This document shows, in pieces, positions 48,450-57,813 of a stretch of DNA of 64,000 nucleotides (the stretch's first letter is position 1; the number at the start of each line of letters is the position of its first letter). Made by a program: the position numbers and the translations under genes. The notes beneath the pieces were generated by a model. It was not told where the DNA came from. It saw only the letters and a program-made list of their open reading frames with translations, and did not search any database. Source of the stretch: a virus (lineage: Duplodnaviria; Caudoviricetes); the IMG/VR virus record IMGVR_UViG_3300036762_000065, positions 177,707 to 241,706 of that record. One strand, written 5' to 3'.

Positions 48450-48858
48450 CTACCCCTTCATACAGTCTCTTCAACTCCGTTTCATGTAATTCACTCGGAG
48501 CAAACCTTCGAATTAACCTAGAAGCCGTTTCAAAAGAAGTGCTTGTTATCATGGCATCATATACTTCGCAATATGTGCCGGATAACATCAGCTTTAAGTC
48601 TGTTAAAAGGAATACAGACACATCTAAACCGTCGCTTGTAGGCAACACAAACAAATCCGCATTCCTTTGTCTAAAGGCATTGTTCAACTCGAAACAAAGA
48701 TTTTCATTAACATCGGATTTCTCTAAACTTGTTTCGGATAAAAACTCTTTAGGTAACAACGTTACAGAAAGTAAGTACGGATACTTTAATCCGGAGGCTT
48801 CGATTTGTTCTGTTGTTTGTAACAATTGATTTAATTTATTTACTATAACATTCAGCAT
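48439..48858 (-). CDS. Hypothetical protein
   Basis: Overlap-coupled ORF. Confidence 0.7.
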   Translation of the reverse strand: MLNVIVNKLNQLLQTTEQIEASGLKYPYLLSVTLLPKEFLSETSLEKSDVNENLCFELNNAFRQRNADLFVLPTSDGLDVSVFLLTDLKLMLSGTYCEVYDAMITSTSFETASRLIRRFAPSELHETELKRLYEGVGDE

Positions 48859-49304
48859 CAGTGCGTCACCTTGTTATCTACTAACGCCTTTCGTTTAAGC
48901 TCTATAGCACGTTGTACCTTTGTAATGCCGTCGAAATCGCCAATATTTGGTTTGGTTCCTAACGCAACTCTACGTACTTTTGTTTCTGTATTACTTTTAA
49001 CGGACTTGTATTGGCAAAGTATGTTATTACCGCTACGTATTGTAAGCCCTACATTCAAGTACGCACAAACTCTAAACAAATCAATGAAATCCATTCTCGG
49101 GAATGTAGGGCTTAGTAGTAGTTTTATTGAATGCTGTGTTACGTTTAACGCGCTTGCTATTTGTTTGTAGTTTACTTTCTTCCTAGCAGAAGCTTTTAAA
49201 AGGACACTAACAATTGAGGCTTTAACACCAAGTGCAGAATCTTCCGCATTAGCTTTACTGATAATTGTCATAACATGCTCCTCTATACGAACACACCTAC
49301 ACAA
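48858..49304 (-). CDS. XRE-like helix-turn-helix protein (likely start MTIISK at 49271)
   Basis: VNYKQIASALNVTQHSIKLL...LFRVCAYLNV; GAGGAG SD before the internal ATG. Confidence 0.6.
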   Translation of the reverse strand: MCRCVRIEEHVMTIISKANAEDSALGVKASIVSVLLKASARKKVNYKQIASALNVTQHSIKLLLSPTFPRMDFIDLFRVCAYLNVGLTIRSGNNILCQYKSVKSNTETKVRRVALGTKPNIGDFDGITKVQRAIELKRKALVDNKVTH

Positions 49305-49332
49305 TTAGGTGTGTTATTCATAAAAACAAATA

Positions 49333-49863
49333 TTAAGCGGTGCGTCTACGTCTAGCGGGTGCGGCCGTATCTTTAACAACGCTTTTGCTAGGTCGTTTTT
49401 TAGTAGTACGTTTTGCTACAGGTACGGCCGCTGCTTCTCTGGCTACTTTGCGTTCAGCACGAACTTTAGCCAGTTCCCTTGCTCGAACTTTGTGGGATGT
49501 AATGCCACCCATAGCGATATCTTTAGATTTCTTCATTGGTATAATCTTAACGCGAACGCTGGCGTCTTTTGGCTTACGTGGCACCATCTCGCCAGATGCA
49601 GGAGATCGAACAAGCTCTCCTCCTTTGACTGCAGGTCGATACAAAGCTTTTATCGTAAATAGCCCAGGTACTGTAAACTGACCTGGGCAACCTTTCTCGC
49701 CTATATGCATTTCAACAAGTTCTTCAAACATTTCCATTTGAGCTTTTACAATTTGTTTAACAGTGCGCTCGTTTAACTCCTTACCTTCGAACTCTTCCAT
49801 CAATCCGTCAACGTAGAAATTCATGATTTCTGTTTTATTCATCTTTTTAGTTAATGCTGACAT
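49333..49863 (-). CDS. HU/IHF-like DNA-binding protein with basic C-terminal tail
   Basis: MNKTEI, FTVPGLFTIK...RPA...VRSPASGEMV...VRVKIIPMKKSKD. Confidence 0.8.
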   Translation of the reverse strand: MSALTKKMNKTEIMNFYVDGLMEEFEGKELNERTVKQIVKAQMEMFEELVEMHIGEKGCPGQFTVPGLFTIKALYRPAVKGGELVRSPASGEMVPRKPKDASVRVKIIPMKKSKDIAMGGITSHKVRARELAKVRAERKVAREAAAVPVAKRTTKKRPSKSVVKDTAAPARRRRTA

Positions 49864-49949
49864 AATTAATACCTCAAGGTTTTGTTGTGAGTACTATATT
49901 TACATTATTTATTTGAATAGTCGGCTTTTACACCGACTTTCTTAAACTA

Positions 49950-51161
49950 TTATAAATCTTCTTCGAAGTCGTCCCACTCAGAATCGGAAGTTTCTTCTAC
50001 TTCCTCTTCTACTTCAGCATCGCCATTTTCCGATACAGCATCATACTTAGCAATGTTGCCTATGGTCATACCTTTAACTTTACCTGCTTCTTCATCCCAT
50101 ACAACAATGCGCTTCTTATCTACAGAGTATCCTATGATGTAAACTGTGTGGCCTTCTTCGTTTTCTACAAGCATACCGACTTGCAACTCATCTCCGAACT
50201 TTTCTTCCATAAGTTCACTGTTTGCAAACCACCCTTCTACGTACTTGGTAGCAAGTGAGTGTGATATTGAAGTGTCGGCCACTACCATGTCGATAACATC
50301 ATCTAAGCTTTCTTCGGACTCGTCATCTTCTTCTTCGGACTCGTCATCTTCTTCTTCGGACTCGTCATCTTCTTCTTCGGACTCGTCATCTTCTTCTTCG
50401 GACTCGTCATCTTCCGCAAACTCATCAAATTCATCGCTTTCTTCTTCTTCGGACTCCTCGTTCGCGTCCCATGTTTGTTCGTAAAGCTCTTTATACTCAA
50501 ACTTATCTTCTTCTGTAGCGTTTGTTGGTAACAAACCAATCTCAACACTTAATGCGGTGTCGGTATACTTACAGCCTACAAGTGCTATCTGAAACGCATA
50601 TCCTGATTTTTTAATCAAAGCTTCTATGTTATTCAACATAAAAGTTTGAATAGTGTCGGACAGTTCTGCATCGACTTTGGCAACACGCTTCATCTTAACT
50701 TCCGAAGATGTGCGTCTGGTAACTTTCGCTGGAGCTTCTTCAACTTTTTCTTTACGTGATCTACGGGTAGCTCTTACTGGAGCTTCTTCAACTTTTTCTT
50801 TACGTGATCTACGGGTAGCTCTTACTGGAGCTTCCTCTTCTTTCGCAACTTTACGTGATCTACGGGTAGCTCTTACTGGAGCTTCTTCAACTTTTTCTTT
50901 ACGTGATCTACGGGTAGCTCTTACTGGAGCTTCCTCTTCTTTCGCAACTTTACTTTTACGTGCGGTCGTCTTCTTTGCAGCAGGTGCATTAATACTTGGA
51001 ATTTCTTTAAAGCCAGGTCCAGAAGGACCCAAACAATCAGGTGCAATTACGTAATTGTTTTCCATGACGTAACCGTCGCGGGTGACTTTTACAACAAGCA
51101 CACGCTTTCCGCTCAATAATCGAATCTTACGGCCTACTAATGTTTTGTCAATCTTAGTCAT
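49950..51161 (-). CDS. Block-charged protein (basic APVRATRRSRK repeats and acidic EEEDDES repeats)
   Basis: AAGGTG SD; downstream of promoter/leader copy A. Confidence 0.8.
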   Translation of the reverse strand: MTKIDKTLVGRKIRLLSGKRVLVVKVTRDGYVMENNYVIAPDCLGPSGPGFKEIPSINAPAAKKTTARKSKVAKEEEAPVRATRRSRKEKVEEAPVRATRRSRKVAKEEEAPVRATRRSRKEKVEEAPVRATRRSRKEKVEEAPAKVTRRTSSEVKMKRVAKVDAELSDTIQTFMLNNIEALIKKSGYAFQIALVGCKYTDTALSVEIGLLPTNATEEDKFEYKELYEQTWDANEESEEEESDEFDEFAEDDESEEEDDESEEEDDESEEEDDESEEEDDESEESLDDVIDMVVADTSISHSLATKYVEGWFANSELMEEKFGDELQVGMLVENEEGHTVYIIGYSVDKKRIVVWDEEAGKVKGMTIGNIAKYDAVSENGDAEVEEEVEETSDSEWDDFEEDL

Positions 51162-51176
51162 GATTTATCACCTTGT

Positions 51177-51277
51177 GTTGTGTGTTACTTAAATTCGGTA
51201 CCGACTGAACGTTTCTTACTGTCGGTACCAATATATGGAATTCATGGTTTTTCTGTTTCTACGCTTTCAGTATAACA
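51177..51277 (-). promoter_or_regulatory. Extended -10 promoter (TGTTATACT) and conserved leader hairpin, copy A
   Basis: ~100 bp near-identical to 56911-57011; stem TTGGTACCGAC/GTCGGTACCGA. Confidence 0.75.
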
Positions 51278-51293
51278 GGTTTCACTTAAACAA

Positions 51294-51944
51294 TCAACGT
51301 CTTTCTTTAGCGAACTTAGCAAGCTTACCTTCTGGCATAACTACAGTAGGTGAAGTCTTCAACTCGGTTATTTCTTGCATGTGTTCTTCGAGACTTAATG
51401 CAATGAGTTTAAACTGTGTTGTTAAAAGTTCATTGCGGTGTATATCGGCTAAACATCTGTTTTTTATATCTCTATAAGTGCCTCCGCGAACCTTACCTTT
51501 AGACATTACCTTATCTAAAAACTTATTGCTGCTAATTACAAGATTCCTGTGAGTAAGCATATTGTCACAAGCTACGGCATAGGCTATAGTTAATTTATTA
51601 TTTGTAGATGAAGGTCCTCTATTTAAGAACTCAGACTCATCCAACGACATTGGAATGTTTGTGTTAAACCGAATACTATTTGTACGTTCTATCACAAACT
51701 TACAAAATTCTTTTGAAGGGGTACCGTTATGCTCAAGTATGTAGTGGTATATCCACGACTCCCAAATAACCCCGAAGAACCTGTACTGCACTGTACTTAC
51801 TTTATCACAACCTAAACAAGTTGTAGAGTTTTCGACTTTACTAAGCTTTCTATTCTGCAACAAGTTTAGTCTACGGAGAAACATAATTTTAAGTTTACCA
51901 AATTCCTCAAACGTTTCTCCGTTTTTCAGTAAGATGTCGTCCAT
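51294..51944 (-). CDS. Hypothetical protein
   Basis: CLGC...WESWIYHYILEH...PSKEF motif. Confidence 0.7.
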   Translation of the reverse strand: MDDILLKNGETFEEFGKLKIMFLRRLNLLQNRKLSKVENSTTCLGCDKVSTVQYRFFGVIWESWIYHYILEHNGTPSKEFCKFVIERTNSIRFNTNIPMSLDESEFLNRGPSSTNNKLTIAYAVACDNMLTHRNLVISSNKFLDKVMSKGKVRGGTYRDIKNRCLADIHRNELLTTQFKLIALSLEEHMQEITELKTSPTVVMPEGKLAKFAKERR

Positions 51945-51965
51945 AGTAAATTTCCTATAAATAAG

Positions 51966-52376
51966 TTAAGAACGTTTTTCGTACTCGTATTCAGACTTAA
52001 TATTATGAGCAAAATAAGAACCTTGCGAGGATGCTGCGACTAACTCACCAAATACTTCTGCAGGTACATCAATGTATTTGTATACAGAACCATTTTTAAA
52101 CTTTATTAACAGTACTTCGTCTTCTTTATTGTACTTACCGGCACTCAATGAGGTGCTATCAAAATTAACACTTATAACGCCGGTGCGTTCCGCAGCAAGT
52201 GTTAATTTTTTACGAACATAGTAGAATTCTGGTCCGACACTATTAAGTTTATTAAGTTTCTTAACTTCTTTGTTAACATGCTTTAGGTCTGTATAATATA
52301 AACTGTCAAAAGATGTGTGGTAAACCTTACCATCAACCTCTTCTGCAATAACAATAATGTATATGGAAGTAGTCAT
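51966..52376 (-). CDS. KTSC-domain protein
   Basis: DSTSLSAGKYN...LLIKFKNGSVYKYIDVP...ASSQGSYFAHNIK. Confidence 0.85.
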   Translation of the reverse strand: MTTSIYIIVIAEEVDGKVYHTSFDSLYYTDLKHVNKEVKKLNKLNSVGPEFYYVRKKLTLAAERTGVISVNFDSTSLSAGKYNKEDEVLLIKFKNGSVYKYIDVPAEVFGELVAASSQGSYFAHNIKSEYEYEKRS

Positions 52377-52384
52377 ATAAACAC

Positions 52385-53134
52385 CTATAGTAAAAGAGTA
52401 CTCATGTGTGAAAAACGGGACAGTATATTACGCACTGCCTTATTGTGCCAGTTTTTTCTCGCATATGTAGTGTTGAATATATTGTCACGTTCAAGATAGT
52501 TTAACAAGAAACGTACATTACCTATAAAGAAAGGCATAGTAATTTTCCCACGAGCCAATCCTGTATACTCCTCAACAACAGAATCCGCGAGCTTAGAGTA
52601 GTTTTTTCCATCAACAGTAAAAGGATATAAATCCAAATCACACAATACGGAAGCAATCCTGTATTGTCTACTATCATACTTCAACTCACTGCAATTATGC
52701 ATGTAATCTACAGTATCGGTTGTTAAGATTGCATTAAAAATACACTTTATGTCTTCTTTACAAAACCAGCCGTTTTCTTCTGCATCTTTAGCGAACAGGT
52801 TTGCGGAATCTACTTCGTTTGAACGGCTGCCTATATCGTATACAACATCATGGTAAACAACGGCTGCTTTTATCATGTCGATTTCGTGTTGGTTATAATT
52901 GTTTGCTACCAACCAATCATACATAACACTCAGTCCTATAAACATAAGTTCTATATGTTCTAGGTTGTGGTACTTCCTGTGAGGTTCTTTATATCTAACT
53001 AAAGCATCCCTAAACTTCGCTATATCCAACGTTATATCAAGTGGCTCGAAATTCACGAGTATTCCTCCTATTAATAAACTTGTCAGAGGTTTCAAAAACA
53101 TACTGCATACTGTATAAAGGACTAATATCTTCAT
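52385..53134 (-). CDS. HD-superfamily metal-dependent phosphohydrolase (start uncertain)
   Basis: YKEPHRKYHNLEH, AVVYHDVVYD, NEVDSA, LCDLDL. Confidence 0.85.
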   Translation of the reverse strand: MKILVLYTVCSMFLKPLTSLLIGGILVNFEPLDITLDIAKFRDALVRYKEPHRKYHNLEHIELMFIGLSVMYDWLVANNYNQHEIDMIKAAVVYHDVVYDIGSRSNEVDSANLFAKDAEENGWFCKEDIKCIFNAILTTDTVDYMHNCSELKYDSRQYRIASVLCDLDLYPFTVDGKNYSKLADSVVEEYTGLARGKITMPFFIGNVRFLLNYLERDNIFNTTYARKNWHNKAVRNILSRFSHMSTLLL

Positions 53135-53522
53135 CGCTTACGTGGTAGTCGGCATCTGCCACGATAACTCTTAATATTTTTTCTGTGCGGTGTTTAACTA
53201 TACGGTACAGTTGCTTGCCTTCACATGTGTGTAAATAGCCGTGTCGATACTTACGCCCCGACACTACAGAGTCGGCTAAACTCTTAAGAATGAACACGGA
53301 GGATTTTATAGGCATAGGGAATACTATTTCAAATTCCCTATGTTTGAAATCAGTTAGGCCGTCCGTACGCATACAACTATTTGTGTAACTGTGCGCACAC
53401 TGATCGTCAATTTTAATTCTATAACTATTACCAAAGAAAATGGTCGTTTCCGAGCTACTTGTAGAGGTGAAATCAGAAGCTATATTTTCCAACAAAGCAG
53501 TAAGTACCTTATTCGTGTTCAT
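53037..53522 (-). CDS. Hypothetical protein
   Basis: GGAG SD; ORF. Confidence 0.65.
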   Translation of the reverse strand: MNTNKVLTALLENIASDFTSTSSSETTIFFGNSYRIKIDDQCAHSYTNSCMRTDGLTDFKHREFEIVFPMPIKSSVFILKSLADSVVSGRKYRHGYLHTCEGKQLYRIVKHRTEKILRVIVADADYHVSDEDISPLYSMQYVFETSDKFINRRNTREFRAT

Positions 53523-53525
53523 AGA

Positions 53526-53786
53526 TTACTCCAATAAATCCTCTGCAATAGCAATACGTTCGGCTTTTTCCAAAAGCTCAATCAATCTAGGAATATCTGT
53601 AACTTTGATAGTAAGTCCTTTTCCCGGACTATACGTATCATCACCTCGCTTTTTATACCAGTCTCGAATGTCCAAAACCTCGCGATCCTCAAACTCTTGA
53701 ATCTGAATTCGACGTTGTGTGGATGCTGTCTTTGACAGAATGCCTACTTTGTGTGTTGTGTGAGGTGGTGTAAATTCACGTGCCAT
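53526..53786 (-). CDS. PC4-like ssDNA-binding protein
   Basis: IQEFEDREVLDIRDWY...PGKGLTI. Confidence 0.85.
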   Translation of the reverse strand: MAREFTPPHTTHKVGILSKTASTQRRIQIQEFEDREVLDIRDWYKKRGDDTYSPGKGLTIKVTDIPRLIELLEKAERIAIAEDLLE

Positions 53787-53809
53787 GATAAATCTCCAAG
53801 TTTAAAGGA

Positions 53810-53844
53810 AAGAGTGTTTGAAGCGTGTAGTTTCAAACACTCTT
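53810..53844 (-). terminator. Intergenic hairpin
   Basis: AAGAGTGTTTGAA/TTCAAACACTCTT 13-bp stem. Confidence 0.6.
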
Positions 53845-53849
53845 GATTG

Positions 53850-54128
53850 TTATTTATCGTCTATACGACCTATCTTACCGTTCCATTCACCTACTTGTTT
53901 ATTATCAAGTAAGGCAACAACTAAATCCTTTTTTGGTTTTGCCATTTTTACGTCATTACCAAATCTTTCTTTTAACGCTTTTCGCCACTCTTTGTTAGAA
54001 GTTTGATGCGACATTTTCTTTACATTCCTCGTTCTGTGATTAAGTATGTTCCAAGCATTACATAAATACTTACAAGTAACCGATCCAATCAACGGTAGTA
54101 AATAATACCAGTAGAATAATAAGGACAC
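53850..54128 (-). CDS. Small hypothetical protein (probably only the C-terminal MSHQT... part)
   Basis: GAGGA SD before internal ATG near 54014. Confidence 0.5.
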   Translation of the reverse strand: MSLLFYWYYLLPLIGSVTCKYLCNAWNILNHRTRNVKKMSHQTSNKEWRKALKERFGNDVKMAKPKKDLVVALLDNKQVGEWNGKIGRIDDK

Positions 54129-54199
54129 CTTCAGTTGTTGTTTTAATGTTAGGCATGTGTGTCTCCTTAAGCGTGTGTGTGTATTGCATTTACATTATT

Positions 54200-56239
54200 T
54201 TAACGTCCAAAGAAGATTATAACGAGTTCAAAAAACTTCTCAATAGAATCGGCAAAATAGTTGATAGTTATTTTCATTTTTTTGATTAGTCCTGTACCTG
54301 ATACTTCTGTTTTAAATCGAACGATAGTAGGGTCGCTTATATCAATATGTTGTGTAAATGCTCCGTCAACTACCTGCATAGTAACAGGACCAATCGTTTG
54401 GTTTAAATAGGTATCCGTAACAAACAAATCATACATACCATCCTCTAACGCCGTTAGATTTACTTCTGCTATTTCCTTTCCTACAATAACACCACGAGCA
54501 ATCACATTCGATCTTTCACCTACATTTGTTATAGCGATTTTTGCATTCTCAGATAACTCTATTTTATCTCCTACAATAACATTTTTAACATCGAATGAGT
54601 TTAGACCTTCTTCTGCACAAGGACCGTATGCACCTAGTTCCAATCCTGCATTTTCAAACTTAACATTCCAAGTCTTACGGCCTAGTCCTGAAAAGTCTGT
54701 TCTATACAGATACCATTGTGTGTTATCTACGTATACAACTACAGGTTCGTATCTATCAAACACAACAGTTCCGTCGTCAGGCCATGTAGCACCGTCCCAA
54801 CCACCTTCAAAGTTATTATCTGTATCGACAAACGTTACTTTACCTAAAGCTGTAGGGTAAGCGAAGAAGCCGTAATCTTTTTCATTAGGCAGGTCTAACG
54901 TAATATTTTGACTGTGTGTGTTTGAATATTTAATAGTTAAAGAGCCCACATCATCTGAAGATGAAAAATTTGTTGTTCGCGTTCCGAATCGCGGATAATC
55001 AGAAACAACACACTCTCCTGTAATTACAGGTGTTTCTTCAACAGGTGTTTCTTCAACAGGCTCCTCATAAACAACAGCATCTTGAGTATCCAATGTCATA
55101 TCAAATTGATCATAACGAGTATAACTTTCTGTGTTGCAAGGAGCTTGTTCGCCTACACGCAATCCCGCATTAGCAAACTCGATCTTCCAGTTACGACTGC
55201 CTGTTTCTGGGAAATCTGTTCTGTACACTAACCAGTCAGTGTTGTTACGTGTAATTACAACAGGCTCATAGGTAGTGTGGGTAGTAGGGTCAAAAGCATA
55301 AGGTGTCCATGTAGCACCATCCCAACCCCCTTCACCGAGGCCTACAGTAAGATCATAAAAGAATGCTTTACCTAAAGCCGCAGGGTAAGCAACAATTCCA
55401 TACTCGTTAGTATTGAGAGTAAGTGCAAACTCCTGATTGTTTGTATTAGGAAGTTTGTAATCTAAGTCAATCGCGTTATTGTATATAACAACCGCTCCAT
55501 AGTGCGGAACATCTGTAACAGTACACATTGCTACAGGCTCAGGAGTCGGTGTAGGCTCAGGAGTCGGTGTTGGTGTAGGCTCAGGAGTCGGTGTTGGTGT
55601 AGGCTCAGGAGTCGGTGTAGGCTCAGGAGTCGGTGTAGGCTCAGGAGTCGGTGTAGGCTCAGGAGTCGGTGTTGGTGTAGGCTCAGGAGTCTGTGTAGGC
55701 TCAGGAGTCGGTGTTGGTGTAGGCTCAGGAGTCGGTGTGTATAAACTAATGTTAGTTATTGCAAACTCTGAGCCTGCTGTAACGCGAGTATAACTACTGT
55801 AGTCACAAGAAACAGAGTCGCCTAATGAAAGACTCTCGTTATCAAATTCAATTCTAATATCACGGTTTCCAATTCCAGGAAAATCTGTTCTGTAAATCAG
55901 CCAATCAGTACCTCCAATTTCCATAACAATCGGCTCGTAAACATAACCGAAAGATTCTTCAAACCAAGAAGCACCGTCCCAACCGCCTTCCCCGAATCCC
56001 ACAGACTCATCGTAAAAATAAGCTTCGCCCATAGCAGCAGGGTAAGCTATGAATCCGTGCTCGTTGGTTCCTAATGCAATACTAACAGTTTCAGATACAG
56101 GTGCAGCGAACGTTTTTGAAACAGCGAATGCACGAACATTTGTAGATTCTCCGTACTGTGGTAAACCGTTAACGGTACACTCAGCAGCGAACGTAACGGA
56201 ACTAACTAATGAGATAGCAACAGCAAGTAATTTTTTCAT
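54200..56239 (-). CDS. Exported protein with three GGWDGAxW domains and a Pro/Thr/Glu linker
   Basis: Signal peptide [20 protein letters not shown] (start reassigned, GGAG SD); three Cys-bracketed repeats. Confidence 0.85.
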   Translation of the reverse strand: MKKLLAVAISLVSSVTFAAECTVNGLPQYGESTNVRAFAVSKTFAAPVSETVSIALGTNEHGFIAYPAAMGEAYFYDESVGFGEGGWDGASWFEESFGYVYEPIVMEIGGTDWLIYRTDFPGIGNRDIRIEFDNESLSLGDSVSCDYSSYTRVTAGSEFAITNISLYTPTPEPTPTPTPEPTQTPEPTPTPTPEPTPTPEPTPTPEPTPTPEPTPTPTPEPTPTPTPEPTPTPEPVAMCTVTDVPHYGAVVIYNNAIDLDYKLPNTNNQEFALTLNTNEYGIVAYPAALGKAFFYDLTVGLGEGGWDGATWTPYAFDPTTHTTYEPVVITRNNTDWLVYRTDFPETGSRNWKIEFANAGLRVGEQAPCNTESYTRYDQFDMTLDTQDAVVYEEPVEETPVEETPVITGECVVSDYPRFGTRTTNFSSSDDVGSLTIKYSNTHSQNITLDLPNEKDYGFFAYPTALGKVTFVDTDNNFEGGWDGATWPDDGTVVFDRYEPVVVYVDNTQWYLYRTDFSGLGRKTWNVKFENAGLELGAYGPCAEEGLNSFDVKNVIVGDKIELSENAKIAITNVGERSNVIARGVIVGKEIAEVNLTALEDGMYDLFVTDTYLNQTIGPVTMQVVDGAFTQHIDISDPTIVRFKTEVSGTGLIKKMKITINYFADSIEKFFELVIIFFGR
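55533..55737 (-). repeat. 18/24-bp coding repeat (PTPE linker)
   Basis: TPTPEP / TPTPTPEP units. Confidence 0.9.
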
Positions 56240-56254
56240 CACGTACTCCAAAAA

Positions 56255-56665
56255 TTAAATAGTTATGCTTGGTGAGAAAATATCTAAACTAACAAAATTC
56301 TCCCACTTACTGATAAGCTGATTTCCTATAAACAATGTCGCGGCTTGTTCATGTGTACCTAGTTCAGGGCAAGTTGTGTTTGAAGTAAACTCCTCCATCG
56401 CTTCATCGGATTCTTGTCGATCACGAGAGTTTTCTATTATCGCCGTAACATGTTTTGCATATTCACCGTCACTTAAAATTCTTGTACGCTCTCCGTGATG
56501 CACATAGTTTATTTTAGCATCTGTACCTTTTCGAGAAAGGTCGTGGCGAATAACAACTTCAACAGAAAAATCATCAAGAGATAACATTAAAACCCACTCA
56601 CCTTTGAGATTCTGTCTAATGTTAGGAACTTCTCGCTTGTTCCAATACTTATCAACTACTGACAT
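56255..56665 (-). CDS. Hypothetical protein
   Basis: AGGAG SD. Confidence 0.7.
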   Translation of the reverse strand: MSVVDKYWNKREVPNIRQNLKGEWVLMLSLDDFSVEVVIRHDLSRKGTDAKINYVHHGERTRILSDGEYAKHVTAIIENSRDRQESDEAMEEFTSNTTCPELGTHEQAATLFIGNQLISKWENFVSLDIFSPSITI

Positions 56666-56675
56666 AATCTTACTC

Positions 56676-56894
56676 CTAGTTGGACTCTGGGAAATCTTGA
56701 TTAGCGGCTACAACTACCAACTCTTTCAATCTGTCTTGAATAGCATTCAACTCTTCATACAATTTAGCATCTGCTCCTATTAAAGGTATACCCAGACCTT
56801 TTAATTGATCAATGTGGTATCCCCAAACATTAATGTATTTTTGCTTGTCGGTAGTTGTAGTTGCATAGATTTGTTTTTCGTTGTTAGTTGTCAT
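56676..56894 (-). CDS. Hypothetical protein
   Basis: First gene after promoter/leader copy B. Confidence 0.7.
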   Translation of the reverse strand: MTTNNEKQIYATTTTDKQKYINVWGYHIDQLKGLGIPLIGADAKLYEELNAIQDRLKELVVVAANQDFPESN

Positions 56895-56910
56895 AATAGC
56901 TTCTCTTTAA

Positions 56911-57011
56911 GTTGTGTGTTACTTAGAGTCGGTATCGACTGAATGTTACTTAACGCCGATACCAAAATTTTGAATTCATGGTTTTTCTTCTCTTACGCTT
57001 TCAGTATAACA
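56911..57011 (-). promoter_or_regulatory. Extended -10 promoter (TGTTATACT) and conserved leader hairpin, copy B
   Basis: Stem TTGGTATCGGC/GTCGATACCGA with TAAGTAAC in the loop and again after the stem. Confidence 0.75.
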
Positions 57012-57057
57012 CATTATCAACTGTATTTATATAGCTATTTACAAATAGACACAAACA

Positions 57058-57087
57058 AGTAAGGGTAGCTAATTAGCTACCCTTACT
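57058..57087 (-). terminator. Perfect 30-bp palindrome, probable terminator
   Basis: AGTAAGGGTAGCTAATTAGCTACCCTTACT just after a stop codon, followed by TGTTTG. Confidence 0.7.
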
Positions 57088-57091
57088 GTCA

Positions 57092-57250
57092 TTACGTTGT
57101 ATGTTTATGCCTTTCAACTAAATAAAAACCATTAAGTTCAGATGTACGTACACAAACAACACACAACTTTATAGCTATACCTTTTTGCTCGTTATGGTAA
57201 AAACCTGTTACAGTTTCCAGGTGCCCGCAGGCTCCGCATTCTATACCCAT
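57092..57250 (-). CDS. 52-aa zinc-ribbon-like protein
   Basis: Below ORF-track cutoff; MGIECGACGH...LCVVCVR..., GAGGGG SD. Confidence 0.65.
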   Translation of the reverse strand: MGIECGACGHLETVTGFYHNEQKGIAIKLCVVCVRTSELNGFYLVERHKHTT

Positions 57251-57261
57251 ACATACACCCC

Positions 57262-57804
57262 TCACTTATTAGTGATATACTTAGCACGTCCGCACCCGCA
57301 AGGCTTAGGTAATACTGTTTTTCGTATTTCCATAAATACAATGTTATCAGAAGTAGGGTCCATGTATGCAGCACGGTTGTCCCCATACTTCTGTTTAAAT
57401 CTGTACTGTATCAAGCTAGTGTCAAACATGACTCCGTAAGGCCAACTTTGTTTTTGTGTATACTCCCACTCAGAAATATCAACAGCCTCTCGCAATATCT
57501 CACTAACACGAAAGGGTTGCAGTATCTTACCGGGCCTGCCTCTTGCAATCTTTGTTAGCTTGGCACTGTCCTCTGCAATAGACATAACGCTAACGAGTTC
57601 AAGATTCCCATTAACGCAAGTATATGTAGCGGAGCGTGGGTCAGAATAACGCTGACTCTTAACAGCAGGTACTCTTAACCAAGTATCGTTTTTTACAGGT
57701 TCTCCTATTTTAGTTGGCATGTACCAACTTCGCATAAACAACAACAAGTACGCATTGTATTTTATGTTTGATGGGTTGTTGTGTACGTAAATATCATCGT
57801 TCAT
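57262..57804 (-). CDS. Hypothetical protein
   Basis: AAGGAG SD. Confidence 0.7.
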   Translation of the reverse strand: MNDDIYVHNNPSNIKYNAYLLLFMRSWYMPTKIGEPVKNDTWLRVPAVKSQRYSDPRSATYTCVNGNLELVSVMSIAEDSAKLTKIARGRPGKILQPFRVSEILREAVDISEWEYTQKQSWPYGVMFDTSLIQYRFKQKYGDNRAAYMDPTSDNIVFMEIRKTVLPKPCGCGRAKYITNK

Positions 57805-57813
57805 TAGGACTCC

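Noticed and set aside
57192-57386. 64-aa minus-strand ORF
   Set aside because: Overlaps 57262-57804 and the better-supported zinc-ribbon ORF in other frames
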